This document shows positions 1 to 8,019 of a stretch of 37,664 nucleotides of DNA, piece by piece; position 1 is the stretch's first letter, and each line of letters starts with the position of its first letter. The stretch is from a virus (taxonomy: Duplodnaviria; Caudoviricetes). The translations under genes and the position numbers were made by a program. The notes under the pieces are model-generated. The model was not told the DNA's origin and made no database searches. It worked only from the letters and a program-made list of their open reading frames with translations. The stretch covers positions 1 to 37,664 of the IMG/VR virus record IMGVR_UViG_3300027892_000075, one strand, 5' to 3'.

Positions 1-2
1 TG

Positions 3-953
3 CCGTACCTAAAAGAAAAACTAAACTGGAACGACGAAGAGGCATTGTGGTTCGCATTCTTAAACGGCAACACGCAAAACCCAGTTACCAGTTACATACT
101 TCATAAACGATTCCCGAAGCCGGAACAGCACCGAGAGCTGCTGGCGTTCTACCGGGAGAATTACGCACGCCTAGAATTCGATACAGACCGCAGGTACCAT
201 AAAAAGTCGCTAGAAGAGGCAATACAAAGTTACATAGGGCTAGTTGGGAATAACCAGAGAGATTTCTGGTACGGCGCAGCTGCTTGGGGATTCGGGCAGA
301 TGTGGAGAGAGGCCAGCAAGATTGCTACGTTCGGCCGGCTAAGCACCTTCTCATACCTAGAATACTTACGGATAAGCGGAGTACCGTTTGATTGCGACAC
401 GCTATTTATTGACGACATAAGCGGCTCGCGCTCGCACCGAAATGGGTTATGTATAGTCACCGGGCTAGACAGATACGACTGGCACAAATCAAACCCAGAT
501 TTCGACGGGAAATACAGTAACGAATTGTTACAAGGATTAAAGAGCAAAGGCGAAGAGCTGCTAATACAGGCCAAGCAGCGAGCGCAGGGTAAGCCGTGGG
601 AGTATGACGTCTCATACTTCACGCTTGAATCAACACTCTGTACTTACAAGAGCTGGCATAGACCTAACCGGCGTTACCCAAATGTGTATAACGACATGCT
701 GGCCGGGCGCATAAAGAAAAACGAAACGAATTGGCCGGAGGAGGATTTAAGTATCTTCTGGGAGGCAAGAAGGGATTGCCTACCGGCGCACCTAAGAATT
801 GAAGACAGCGCAGACGACTTAGGGCTACACCCGATCAAACAAAACCATTACCGAACAACAGGGCAAGTGATTATGATGGACAAAGAGTATCCGGAGTACG
901 CTAACGATTACAACGACGCAGTAGACAAAGGCAAAATAAGGGAATGGCTATGA
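3..953 (+). CDS. Amino-acid:DNA transferase (aGPT-Pplase2-like, thymine hypermodification); 5'-truncated
   Basis: Frame is open from position 3 (PYLKEKLNWNDEEALWFAFLNG...). Motifs FGRLSTFSYLEYL (HhH-glycosylase-like) and ESTLCTYKSW..RYPNVYND resemble aGPT-Pplase2 proteins. Adjacent to a PLP enzyme and a P-loop kinase. Confidence 0.8.
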   Translation, partial: PYLKEKLNWNDEEALWFAFLNGNTQNPVTSYILHKRFPKPEQHRELLAFYRENYARLEFDTDRRYHKKSLEEAIQSYIGLVGNNQRDFWYGAAAWGFGQMWREASKIATFGRLSTFSYLEYLRISGVPFDCDTLFIDDISGSRSHRNGLCIVTGLDRYDWHKSNPDFDGKYSNELLQGLKSKGEELLIQAKQRAQGKPWEYDVSYFTLESTLCTYKSWHRPNRRYPNVYNDMLAGRIKKNETNWPEEDLSIFWEARRDCLPAHLRIEDSADDLGLHPIKQNHYRTTGQVIMMDKEYPEYANDYNDAVDKGKIREWL

Positions 954-1987
954 CAGATTCAATCTTTCCGGTATTAAGCATAAACCGGGATAAAGTTAAA
1001 TGGGAAGAGCACATGTACGACTACACGCCGGTTGAATTACGCGACGGGATTTGGTGGAAGCGGGAAGACTATTTCGCACCTCTAGGCTACGGCGGCATAA
1101 ACGGAAGTAAACTGCGACAGCTGGTATACCTATTCAACCAATTAGACGTGCCGGGAATTATTACAGGGGCAAGCGTACTAAGTCCACAATTAAGCATGGG
1201 CGCGTTGGTAGCAAAACATTACGGCCTACCGATCACTTGCGTACTGGGCGGCACGAAGCCAGAGACAGCGGTAAGACACGAAAACGTGGCAATCGCAGCT
1301 GACGCAGGAGCAGAGTTTTTATTTGGAAAAGTGGCATACAACCCGGGAATCCAGAGCAACGTAACTAAACTAATGGCAAGACCAGAGTACGAAGGCTATT
1401 ACAGATTGAACTATGGAATTACAGTAGACGATAACGCGACAGATGACGAAGTGAGAGCGTTCCACGAAGTAGGCGCGTATCAGGTACAAAACATACCGGA
1501 AGAAGTAACGCACCTAGCAATAACGGCGGGAAGTTGTAACAGCTGCGTAAGCGTGCTCTATGGATTAGCCAAGTATCGAACAAATGTTCGAAAGGTAACG
1601 CTATTCGGAATCGGTCCAACACGCCTACGCATGATCGAAGAGCGGCTGGCCAAGATTGAACGGGCAACAGGAGGAGTAATACGAGACAAGTACCGGCGTA
1701 AGTACGAACACCATAAAGACCTAGAAGACGAACATCAGACAGACGGCCAGATACTGCTACTACATTACGACTTACACGCAACAAAGTTCAGCGCGTATTC
1801 GGACAAAATGCCGTACCAGAAAAGCGGGATTACATTTCACCCTACCTACGAAGGTAAGGCGTTACAGTACATGGACAAAAACATAGGGGCGTTTGATTGG
1901 TGGAATGACCCAGACGGCAAAACATTGTTCTGGATAGTAGGCAGCGAACCAAAACGGGAGGCAATGAGATGGACACTATCTACCTAA
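944..1987 (+). CDS. PLP-dependent enzyme (fold type II), likely decarboxylase of amino-acid-modified thymine
   Basis: TPVE...WKREDYFAPLGYGGINGSKLRQ (Schiff-base Lys), AGSCNS phosphate-binding loop, HPTYEGK, LFWIVG. Sits between the transferase and the kinase. Start could be 944 or 950. Confidence 0.8.
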   Translation: MAMTDSIFPVLSINRDKVKWEEHMYDYTPVELRDGIWWKREDYFAPLGYGGINGSKLRQLVYLFNQLDVPGIITGASVLSPQLSMGALVAKHYGLPITCVLGGTKPETAVRHENVAIAADAGAEFLFGKVAYNPGIQSNVTKLMARPEYEGYYRLNYGITVDDNATDDEVRAFHEVGAYQVQNIPEEVTHLAITAGSCNSCVSVLYGLAKYRTNVRKVTLFGIGPTRLRMIEERLAKIERATGGVIRDKYRRKYEHHKDLEDEHQTDGQILLLHYDLHATKFSAYSDKMPYQKSGITFHPTYEGKALQYMDKNIGAFDWWNDPDGKTLFWIVGSEPKREAMRWTLST

Positions 1988-2520
1988 TAGGGCAACCGGG
2001 CAGCGGGAAGACGACGCTAACTAAAGAGCTTCAAAAGAATTGGGCAAAGATCAACCTGTACGCAAAGCCATTTAAGTATCAAGAGTACGAAGCGCCAAGA
2101 ATAGGCAAAGTGTATTCGCTGGGCTGGGATAGGGAACATTTCAGCGGAACGGATACGCTGGGTAATACTGTAATTACACTAATGCCACAATTTTACAAAG
2201 ACGCAGAGCAAGACGGGGCAACAATTTACGGAGAAGGCGACAGATTAGCAAGCCGGACATACTTCGACCTAGCAAAGTCGTACGGAAACTTGTACATCTT
2301 TTACCTAAACACAGACGACAGCACCGCAGCTGCCAGAAGAGAAGCCAGAAGCCAAGAGACGGGCAAGACACAAAACCCGTCATGGGCTAAGGGAAGAGCA
2401 ACAAAACACAGAAACCTAGCAAACGAATACGGGGCGATCGCACTACCCGGAGGATTGCTGCCTAGCGAGATCACTCAGGTTATGGCAGACTATTTATCCT
2501 ACGGAAAAGGAAACGCATGA
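1969..2520 (+). CDS. P-loop kinase, 5-hydroxymethyluracil-DNA kinase (5-HMUDK)-like
   Basis: N-terminal Walker A IGQPGSGKTT, FSGTDTL, GEGDRL and C-terminal QNPSWAKGRATK motifs, plus gene context. Confidence 0.8.
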   Translation: MDTIYLIGQPGSGKTTLTKELQKNWAKINLYAKPFKYQEYEAPRIGKVYSLGWDREHFSGTDTLGNTVITLMPQFYKDAEQDGATIYGEGDRLASRTYFDLAKSYGNLYIFYLNTDDSTAAARREARSQETGKTQNPSWAKGRATKHRNLANEYGAIALPGGLLPSEITQVMADYLSYGKGNA

Positions 2521-2987
2521 ACAGGAAAAAAACACCTCCACCGGCGGTGCTAGAGAAGGAAATAAAGATCATAGAATTACGCAGAGCCGGCGTAACGTGG
2601 GAGAAGATCGCCTTAGAAACGGGATTCAAAAACGCAAGCGGGGCGTACAAGATGTACCAGAGAGCCGCAGAGCGCATGGTAAGGCCGCACCTAGAAGAGT
2701 ACCGAGACATACAACTAGACAGGCTGGAACGGCTCCACATGGCGGTATGGCCAAGAGCTAAAGACGGCGACATACGGGCAATAGACGCAGCATTACGAAT
2801 AAGCGACAGGGAAGCAAAATTGTTAGGGCTAGACGCTCCAACAAAGATAACAGCGGAGGTAACAGTCTATGAGGGTCAGCAACTCATTGAGCACACAGCC
2901 AGAATTATTGAACTCATTAGACAATCTCGCGGCGCGCCGGGCAACATGGGAAGTGTTATTAGCGAGACCAGAGCAATTACCGACTAA
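2517..2987 (+). CDS. terS: Terminase small subunit
   Basis: HTH (ELRRAGVTWEKIA), LDRLERL...AIDAALRISDREAKLLGLDAP pattern; directly upstream of TerL. Confidence 0.75.
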   Translation: MNRKKTPPPAVLEKEIKIIELRRAGVTWEKIALETGFKNASGAYKMYQRAAERMVRPHLEEYRDIQLDRLERLHMAVWPRAKDGDIRAIDAALRISDREAKLLGLDAPTKITAEVTVYEGQQLIEHTARIIELIRQSRGAPGNMGSVISETRAITD

Positions 2988-4233
2988 CGATAACGACTGG
3001 ACAGTTTGGCTATACCTAGCCGGGCGCGGAGCTGGCAAAACGCGAACAGCTGCGGAATGGATAGTCTGGCAAGCGCTAACCCAGAATTGGTCACGATGGG
3101 CAGTAATCGCACCTACCTTCGGTGACGTGAGAGATACCTGCGCGGAGGGAGAGTCCGGGCTGATACCGATACTCCATCAGTACGGAGCACTCGATTATTA
3201 CAACAGATCAACGGGAGACATAAGGCTGACTAACGGAAGCCGGATAAAGTTATTCTCAGCTGACGAGCCTGACCGGTTGCGTGGTCCGCAACATCATGGA
3301 GCGTGGTGCGACGAATTAGCGGCATGGAGATACCCGGATACATACGACCAATTACAGTTTGGATTACGCTTAGGAGAGCACCCGAAGACAGTAATTACCA
3401 CTACTCCCCGGCCAATTCCTTTAATTAGACAATTAATTGCTAAGACCGACGGCAGCGTAAAATTAGTTAGAGGCTCGACCTTCGATAACGCGGCCAACCT
3501 AGCGCCAAGCGCACTCGTAGAATTACAGGCCAGATACAACGGAACAAGACTCGGCCGGCAAGAATTATACGGAGAGATACTAGACGACGTAGAGGGAGCA
3601 CTCTGGACAAAGGGAGTGATTGACAGAAACAGAATAGAGAGCGCACCGCCATTAGCACGCATAGCGGTAAGTATTGACCCGGCCGTAACGAATACAAAAG
3701 ACAGCGACGAAACCGGGATTATCGTATTAGGTAGCGACGCAGCTGGCAACGGATACGTTATTGCTGACTACTCATTTAAGGGAAGCCCTAACGAATGGGC
3801 GCAAAAGGCCGTAGCAGTATTCCGAGATCACAAAGCAGATTCAATCCTTGTAGAAGTAAATCAGGGAGGAGACATGGTTAGTGCGGTATTGCGCCAAGTA
3901 GACATGAGCCTACCGATTCAAGAAGTAAGAGCGCACGTCGGAAAGAAGCTGCGCGCCGAACCGGTAGCGGCCATGTACGAGCAAGGCAGAATTAAACACG
4001 TCGGTAAATTCGATAAATTAGAAGAGCAAATGACACTCTGGACACCGGATAGCGCAGATAGCCCGGACAGATTAGACGCAATGGTACAAGGATTTAGTAG
4101 CCTAATTGGAACGAGCAGCGCAGCTAGTTATTTCTCAGCACTAGCAAACTTCTGTACCGGCTGCGGATTACCAATGCCGAAGAGCGCGTCGCGTTGTTTT
4201 AAGTGTGGTACTGCTATGATTACGCAAGCCTGA
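2869..4233 (+). CDS. terL: Terminase large subunit with C-terminal Zn-ribbon
   Basis: Walker A AGRGAGKT, RLRGPQ..WCDE Walker B, TTTP coupling motif, nuclease IDPA..DETG and PDRLDA. Exact start uncertain. Confidence 0.95.
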   Translation: MRVSNSLSTQPELLNSLDNLAARRATWEVLLARPEQLPTNDNDWTVWLYLAGRGAGKTRTAAEWIVWQALTQNWSRWAVIAPTFGDVRDTCAEGESGLIPILHQYGALDYYNRSTGDIRLTNGSRIKLFSADEPDRLRGPQHHGAWCDELAAWRYPDTYDQLQFGLRLGEHPKTVITTTPRPIPLIRQLIAKTDGSVKLVRGSTFDNAANLAPSALVELQARYNGTRLGRQELYGEILDDVEGALWTKGVIDRNRIESAPPLARIAVSIDPAVTNTKDSDETGIIVLGSDAAGNGYVIADYSFKGSPNEWAQKAVAVFRDHKADSILVEVNQGGDMVSAVLRQVDMSLPIQEVRAHVGKKLRAEPVAAMYEQGRIKHVGKFDKLEEQMTLWTPDSADSPDRLDAMVQGFSSLIGTSSAASYFSALANFCTGCGLPMPKSASRCFKCGTAMITQA

Positions 4234-4264
4234 AATACAAGAGGCAACAACAGGGGAGATACAA

Positions 4265-6118
4265 ATGGGTCTACGCGGCCGTATCGCAAAAGCAATAGCC
4301 GGAACAGATGTAGAAAAGGCAGCACCGAATTTACCAGCTGGCGCAGTAGTAATGAACGAACAGCAAATGCGCAACGCAGTACCCGGGGCAATCGGCCAGA
4401 ATTACGGAACAGTAACCGCTCTCCCACGAAACCCACTATTAGCAGGAGTTCCATTCGGTCCGGGAATACCAATTACGCCGGGAGCAATCAACCCGGTAAA
4501 CCCACTCACCGGAAGACCAGAACCGCGACGCTACGAATACCAAGTAGCGCAAAACATAAACATTACAGAGACACGCCTAGTACCTTTCAAGACACTACGC
4601 GCAGCTGCCGATCAGATTGACATTCTGCGACGCTGCGTAGAAGTTATTAAGGGAAAAACAAGTGGCCTCGAATGGGACATTGTGCTCGGAAATGACGCAA
4701 GCGAAAAGATCGCAGCGGAAAGCGGCGGCGACCATGTACGCGCAATGATTAAAGCAAGAGAAGAATTAGGCGATGAGATAAACCGGGTTAGGAGCTTCTG
4801 GGAAAACCCAGACAAAGCAAACGGATTAACCTTCGCTGATTGGTTAAACATAGCGCTAGAAGAAATCCTAGTAATTGACGCGTTAGCAATCTGGCCACAA
4901 AAAACAGTAGGCGGCGAACTTTACGGGTTACAGATTTTAGACGGAGCAACAATTAAACCAATGCTCGACGATCGCGGAATGCGGCCAATGCCTCCGCAAG
5001 CTGCTTATCAGCAGATACTTTACGGATTCCCACGCGCAGAGTTCAGCGCTAATCAAGATGACCCGCAAGCAGATGGCGAATTTACTTGCGACGACCTCGC
5101 ATACCTAGTTAAAAACCGCCGTACAACAAGCGTGTACGGATACAGCCCGGTAGAGCGAGCACTACCACTAGCAGACATTTACCTACGCAGACAGCAATGG
5201 ATACGCGCTGAATACACAGATGGCGTACTGCCAGAGCTAATGTTCAGCACCGACGCAACATGGGGTACAAACCCAGACCTATTGCGCGCATGGGAGAACA
5301 TACTTAACGATGACCTAGCCGGCCAGACAGAGCAGCGCAAGCGCGCACGCCTACTACCAACAGGCATTACGCCAATCACTAACGACGCATACGGCGAAAA
5401 GTTTAAAGATACGCTAGATAACTTTCTTATTGAATCAATCTGCGGACACTTCGGGGTACAGCCAACAGAGATTGGCTATAACCCTAAAGGCGGATTAGGG
5501 GGAGCGGGATTCGAAGAAGGCAAAGCCGGAAGCGCAGAAGCCTTAGGCGTACAACCGCTAGTAAATTGGCTTAATAAAATGATAACAAATCTTTCATACG
5601 CTTACTTAGGTATGCCAAGAGAATTAGAATTCAGAATGATGCCAAGCAAGCGCCAAGACGACGAAGCAAGCGCACGCAAAGCGCAGATTGAATTGTTAAG
5701 CGCCGGCAAGACAGTAAACGAGCGACGCAGCGACCTAGGATTACCTTTACTAGATACACCGCAAGCAGACATGCCAATGCTGGTAACGGGAAATACAGTA
5801 TTCCTGTTCTCACCTGACGGAATGATTAACCCGGCAGAAATGGCAAGCGCGCCGCAGCTGGACTCAGACGGCCAAGACGCAATTTCAGAGACACTCATAC
5901 CGGAAGAAGAAGCGCCGGAAGAAGAAGCGCCGCAAGCTGCGCCGGAAGAAGTAGCGGCAGAAGTAAAAGCATTCATGAAGTGGGCGGCAAAGGGAACACG
6001 CAAACGAGAGTTTGAGTTCAAGATGATTGACCCGATAGTGGGCGAAGCGCTTAACCGCTGCGCAGTAGAAGGCGACCTCGATACGGCTAGGTCATTGGCA
6101 AAGGCCTACCTAGCATGA
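4265..6118 (+). CDS. Portal protein
   Basis: Follows TerL; 617 aa; YGYSPVE, ICGHFGVQPTEIG and TVNERRSDLGL portal-type motifs. Confidence 0.9.
   Translation: MGLRGRIAKAIAGTDVEKAAPNLPAGAVVMNEQQMRNAVPGAIGQNYGTVTALPRNPLLAGVPFGPGIPITPGAINPVNPLTGRPEPRRYEYQVAQNINITETRLVPFKTLRAAADQIDILRRCVEVIKGKTSGLEWDIVLGNDASEKIAAESGGDHVRAMIKAREELGDEINRVRSFWENPDKANGLTFADWLNIALEEILVIDALAIWPQKTVGGELYGLQILDGATIKPMLDDRGMRPMPPQAAYQQILYGFPRAEFSANQDDPQADGEFTCDDLAYLVKNRRTTSVYGYSPVERALPLADIYLRRQQWIRAEYTDGVLPELMFSTDATWGTNPDLLRAWENILNDDLAGQTEQRKRARLLPTGITPITNDAYGEKFKDTLDNFLIESICGHFGVQPTEIGYNPKGGLGGAGFEEGKAGSAEALGVQPLVNWLNKMITNLSYAYLGMPRELEFRMMPSKRQDDEASARKAQIELLSAGKTVNERRSDLGLPLLDTPQADMPMLVTGNTVFLFSPDGMINPAEMASAPQLDSDGQDAISETLIPEEEAPEEEAPQAAPEEVAAEVKAFMKWAAKGTRKREFEFKMIDPIVGEALNRCAVEGDLDTARSLAKAYLA
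5900..5957 (+). repeat. Imperfect 15-bp coding tandem repeat (CCGGAAGAAGAAGCG) in the acidic portal tail
   Basis: Encodes PEEEAPEEEAPQAAPEEVA. Confidence 0.7.
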
Positions 6119-7605
6119 GTTGGGGCGCACATAAAGCTGATGTGCGCATAGCGGCTAAAAACTCGGTAACAATGCGCGCAGCACTAAGAGCCAGCATTAA
6201 CGCGCAGACAATTTACGAGGCGTATCAAGAGACGCAGCCGTTTGTTACTGATAACAATACGCAAGATCGCACCCGGGCAAGAGCGTGGGCGATGCTTCAC
6301 GTCAAGATAAACCCGGAACCAATTAAGGCCGCGCTAATAAAAATTTACGCTGACGGATTCTTGCTAGGGCTAGACGCAAGCAAAGAAGCGGTCGGCCAAG
6401 CAGTCAGGGCGCAAGAAAAGGCCAAGACAAAGGCAATCAAAGACGAATTAATGAGCATGGCTGCTGGAGACGGCTCTGACTACGTTGATTGGAATAACTG
6501 GAAGCCGGGCAACAGAGCTGCCTCGCTCCTATACCGGCCTACTGGCGCGTTCGAGAAACTATTAAGCGACGCTGGCATTACAAGTAAGAAGATCGCGGCT
6601 AACGGGTACGACAGAATTGGAACGGCGCTAGCGGATTCAATCGCTGCGGGATTCAGCCCGGCCAGAGCTGCGAAAGTAATTACAGAGAAGATAGGCGACC
6701 CGGCCAGAGCGCTAACTATTGCGATCACCGAGCAAAACCGGGCAATGAGCCTAGCAAGCATGGAGAATTACGCTAAGTATGGGCTAGAAAAGATCGAATG
6801 GAGCGGGGCAAACCCTTGCGACATTTGCGCGCCTAACGAAGGGCAAGTAGTAACGCTAGGGGAACCATTTAACAGCGGAGACACAGAGCCGCCGGTACAC
6901 CCGAACTGCCGGTGCGCGGTATTGCCTGTAATAGACGAAGCGTTCTACGCTGACCCGAATACAACCGGAATGGACTTAGTCTCACCGCTAGGGGCAACAG
7001 CGGAAGCAACTGCCGAAGAAATAGCACGAATGACTCCTGATGAAGTAATGGGATACCAGCGCGAAATGGGATTCTCTAGCAACACAGTTCCGGAAAGACA
7101 GGCAAAAGCGGTATTAGAATACCGAGGCGCTACATACGACCCTATAAACGCATACCTACGCACCGGCGGAGAGTTTGTCGGCGGAGTGCCATTACCAACA
7201 CTTAAAAAATACATCGGTGAAATTACAACAGCGATTGACGCAGCGCCAAGATTGCCGGCTCCTATTACAACCTATCGAGGAGTTAGCGGCGCGTACGCCG
7301 AAACGATAGGCGCATACAAACCCGGAACAATTTACACAGACAAAGGATTCACGTCTACCTCCCTAAACGGCGGCCAAGCGTCATTTTTTGCTGACCTCAG
7401 AAATAACCAACAATTCCTCAGAATAGAAATAGACGTACCAGCTGGCACTAAAGGTCTCGACATGACTGGATTCTTCTCAGAAAGAAACCCGAAAACAGGC
7501 AAAATAAAAAACCCGGGCGAACAAGAGTGGCTATTACCTAGAGATTCTAAATTTGAAGTAGTATCCAATGACGGGAAGACGATGAAAGTGAGACTAATAC
7601 CATGA
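6115..7605 (+). CDS. MuF/SPP1-gp7-like minor head protein fused to a C-terminal ADP-ribosyltransferase (R-S-E class)
   Basis: MuF motifs CDIC and PPVHPNCRC; ART motifs Y..INAYLR, TYRG, DKGFTSTS, EQEWLLPR. Confidence 0.9.
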   Translation: MSWGAHKADVRIAAKNSVTMRAALRASINAQTIYEAYQETQPFVTDNNTQDRTRARAWAMLHVKINPEPIKAALIKIYADGFLLGLDASKEAVGQAVRAQEKAKTKAIKDELMSMAAGDGSDYVDWNNWKPGNRAASLLYRPTGAFEKLLSDAGITSKKIAANGYDRIGTALADSIAAGFSPARAAKVITEKIGDPARALTIAITEQNRAMSLASMENYAKYGLEKIEWSGANPCDICAPNEGQVVTLGEPFNSGDTEPPVHPNCRCAVLPVIDEAFYADPNTTGMDLVSPLGATAEATAEEIARMTPDEVMGYQREMGFSSNTVPERQAKAVLEYRGATYDPINAYLRTGGEFVGGVPLPTLKKYIGEITTAIDAAPRLPAPITTYRGVSGAYAETIGAYKPGTIYTDKGFTSTSLNGGQASFFADLRNNQQFLRIEIDVPAGTKGLDMTGFFSERNPKTGKIKNPGEQEWLLPRDSKFEVVSNDGKTMKVRLIP

Positions 7606-7736
7606 CAAGCAGATTTATACTGACAAGCAACGACGCACCGGGAATAGAAGTCCTTTACGCGCCGGCCGAACCGACTCCGCACGAAACGCCAACAACAGAG
7701 GGTACAATTACCGAACAATTAGAGGAGAATTCATAA
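7602..7736 (+). CDS. Small acidic 44-aa protein (not in the ORF track)
   Basis: MTSRFILTSNDAPGIEVLYAPAEPT...EENS; ATGA overlap with MuF-ART and TAATG overlap with the next gene. Confidence 0.55.
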   Translation: MTSRFILTSNDAPGIEVLYAPAEPTPHETPTTEGTITEQLEENS

Positions 7737-8017
7737 TGCCATTTGAACACGTCAATGCGAGCACTTTAACCGCAACATCAATTCTATTTCAGGTTGACAA
7801 GAATGCCAGACCGCTAACTCCAGTAAACATTTACAACGGGCATAGCGCGTCAATCTTTATTGGCGACAGCACAATTACAACAAGCGGCGCAACAATCGGG
7901 CGCACTATCGCAACAGCAACCTCGCAAATCTTTTACGTTAATCCTAACGACATTATTTACGCAATTTCGGCCGCAGCCTCGGCAGCTGGCGCGATCGTAA
8001 TTACTTATTCAGCATAG
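7736..8017 (+). CDS. Hypothetical small beta-rich protein, possibly a virion component
   Basis: GAGGAG RBS, 93 aa, Ala/Thr/Ile rich, within the head module. Confidence 0.6.
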   Translation: MPFEHVNASTLTATSILFQVDKNARPLTPVNIYNGHSASIFIGDSTITTSGATIGRTIATATSQIFYVNPNDIIYAISAAASAAGAIVITYSA

Positions 8018-8019
8018 TC

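Noticed and set aside
944-1987. PLP enzyme as a metabolic ACC deaminase or cysteine desulfhydrase auxiliary gene
   Set aside because: The fold is shared, but its position between the DNA transferase and the 5hmU kinase fits DNA modification better.
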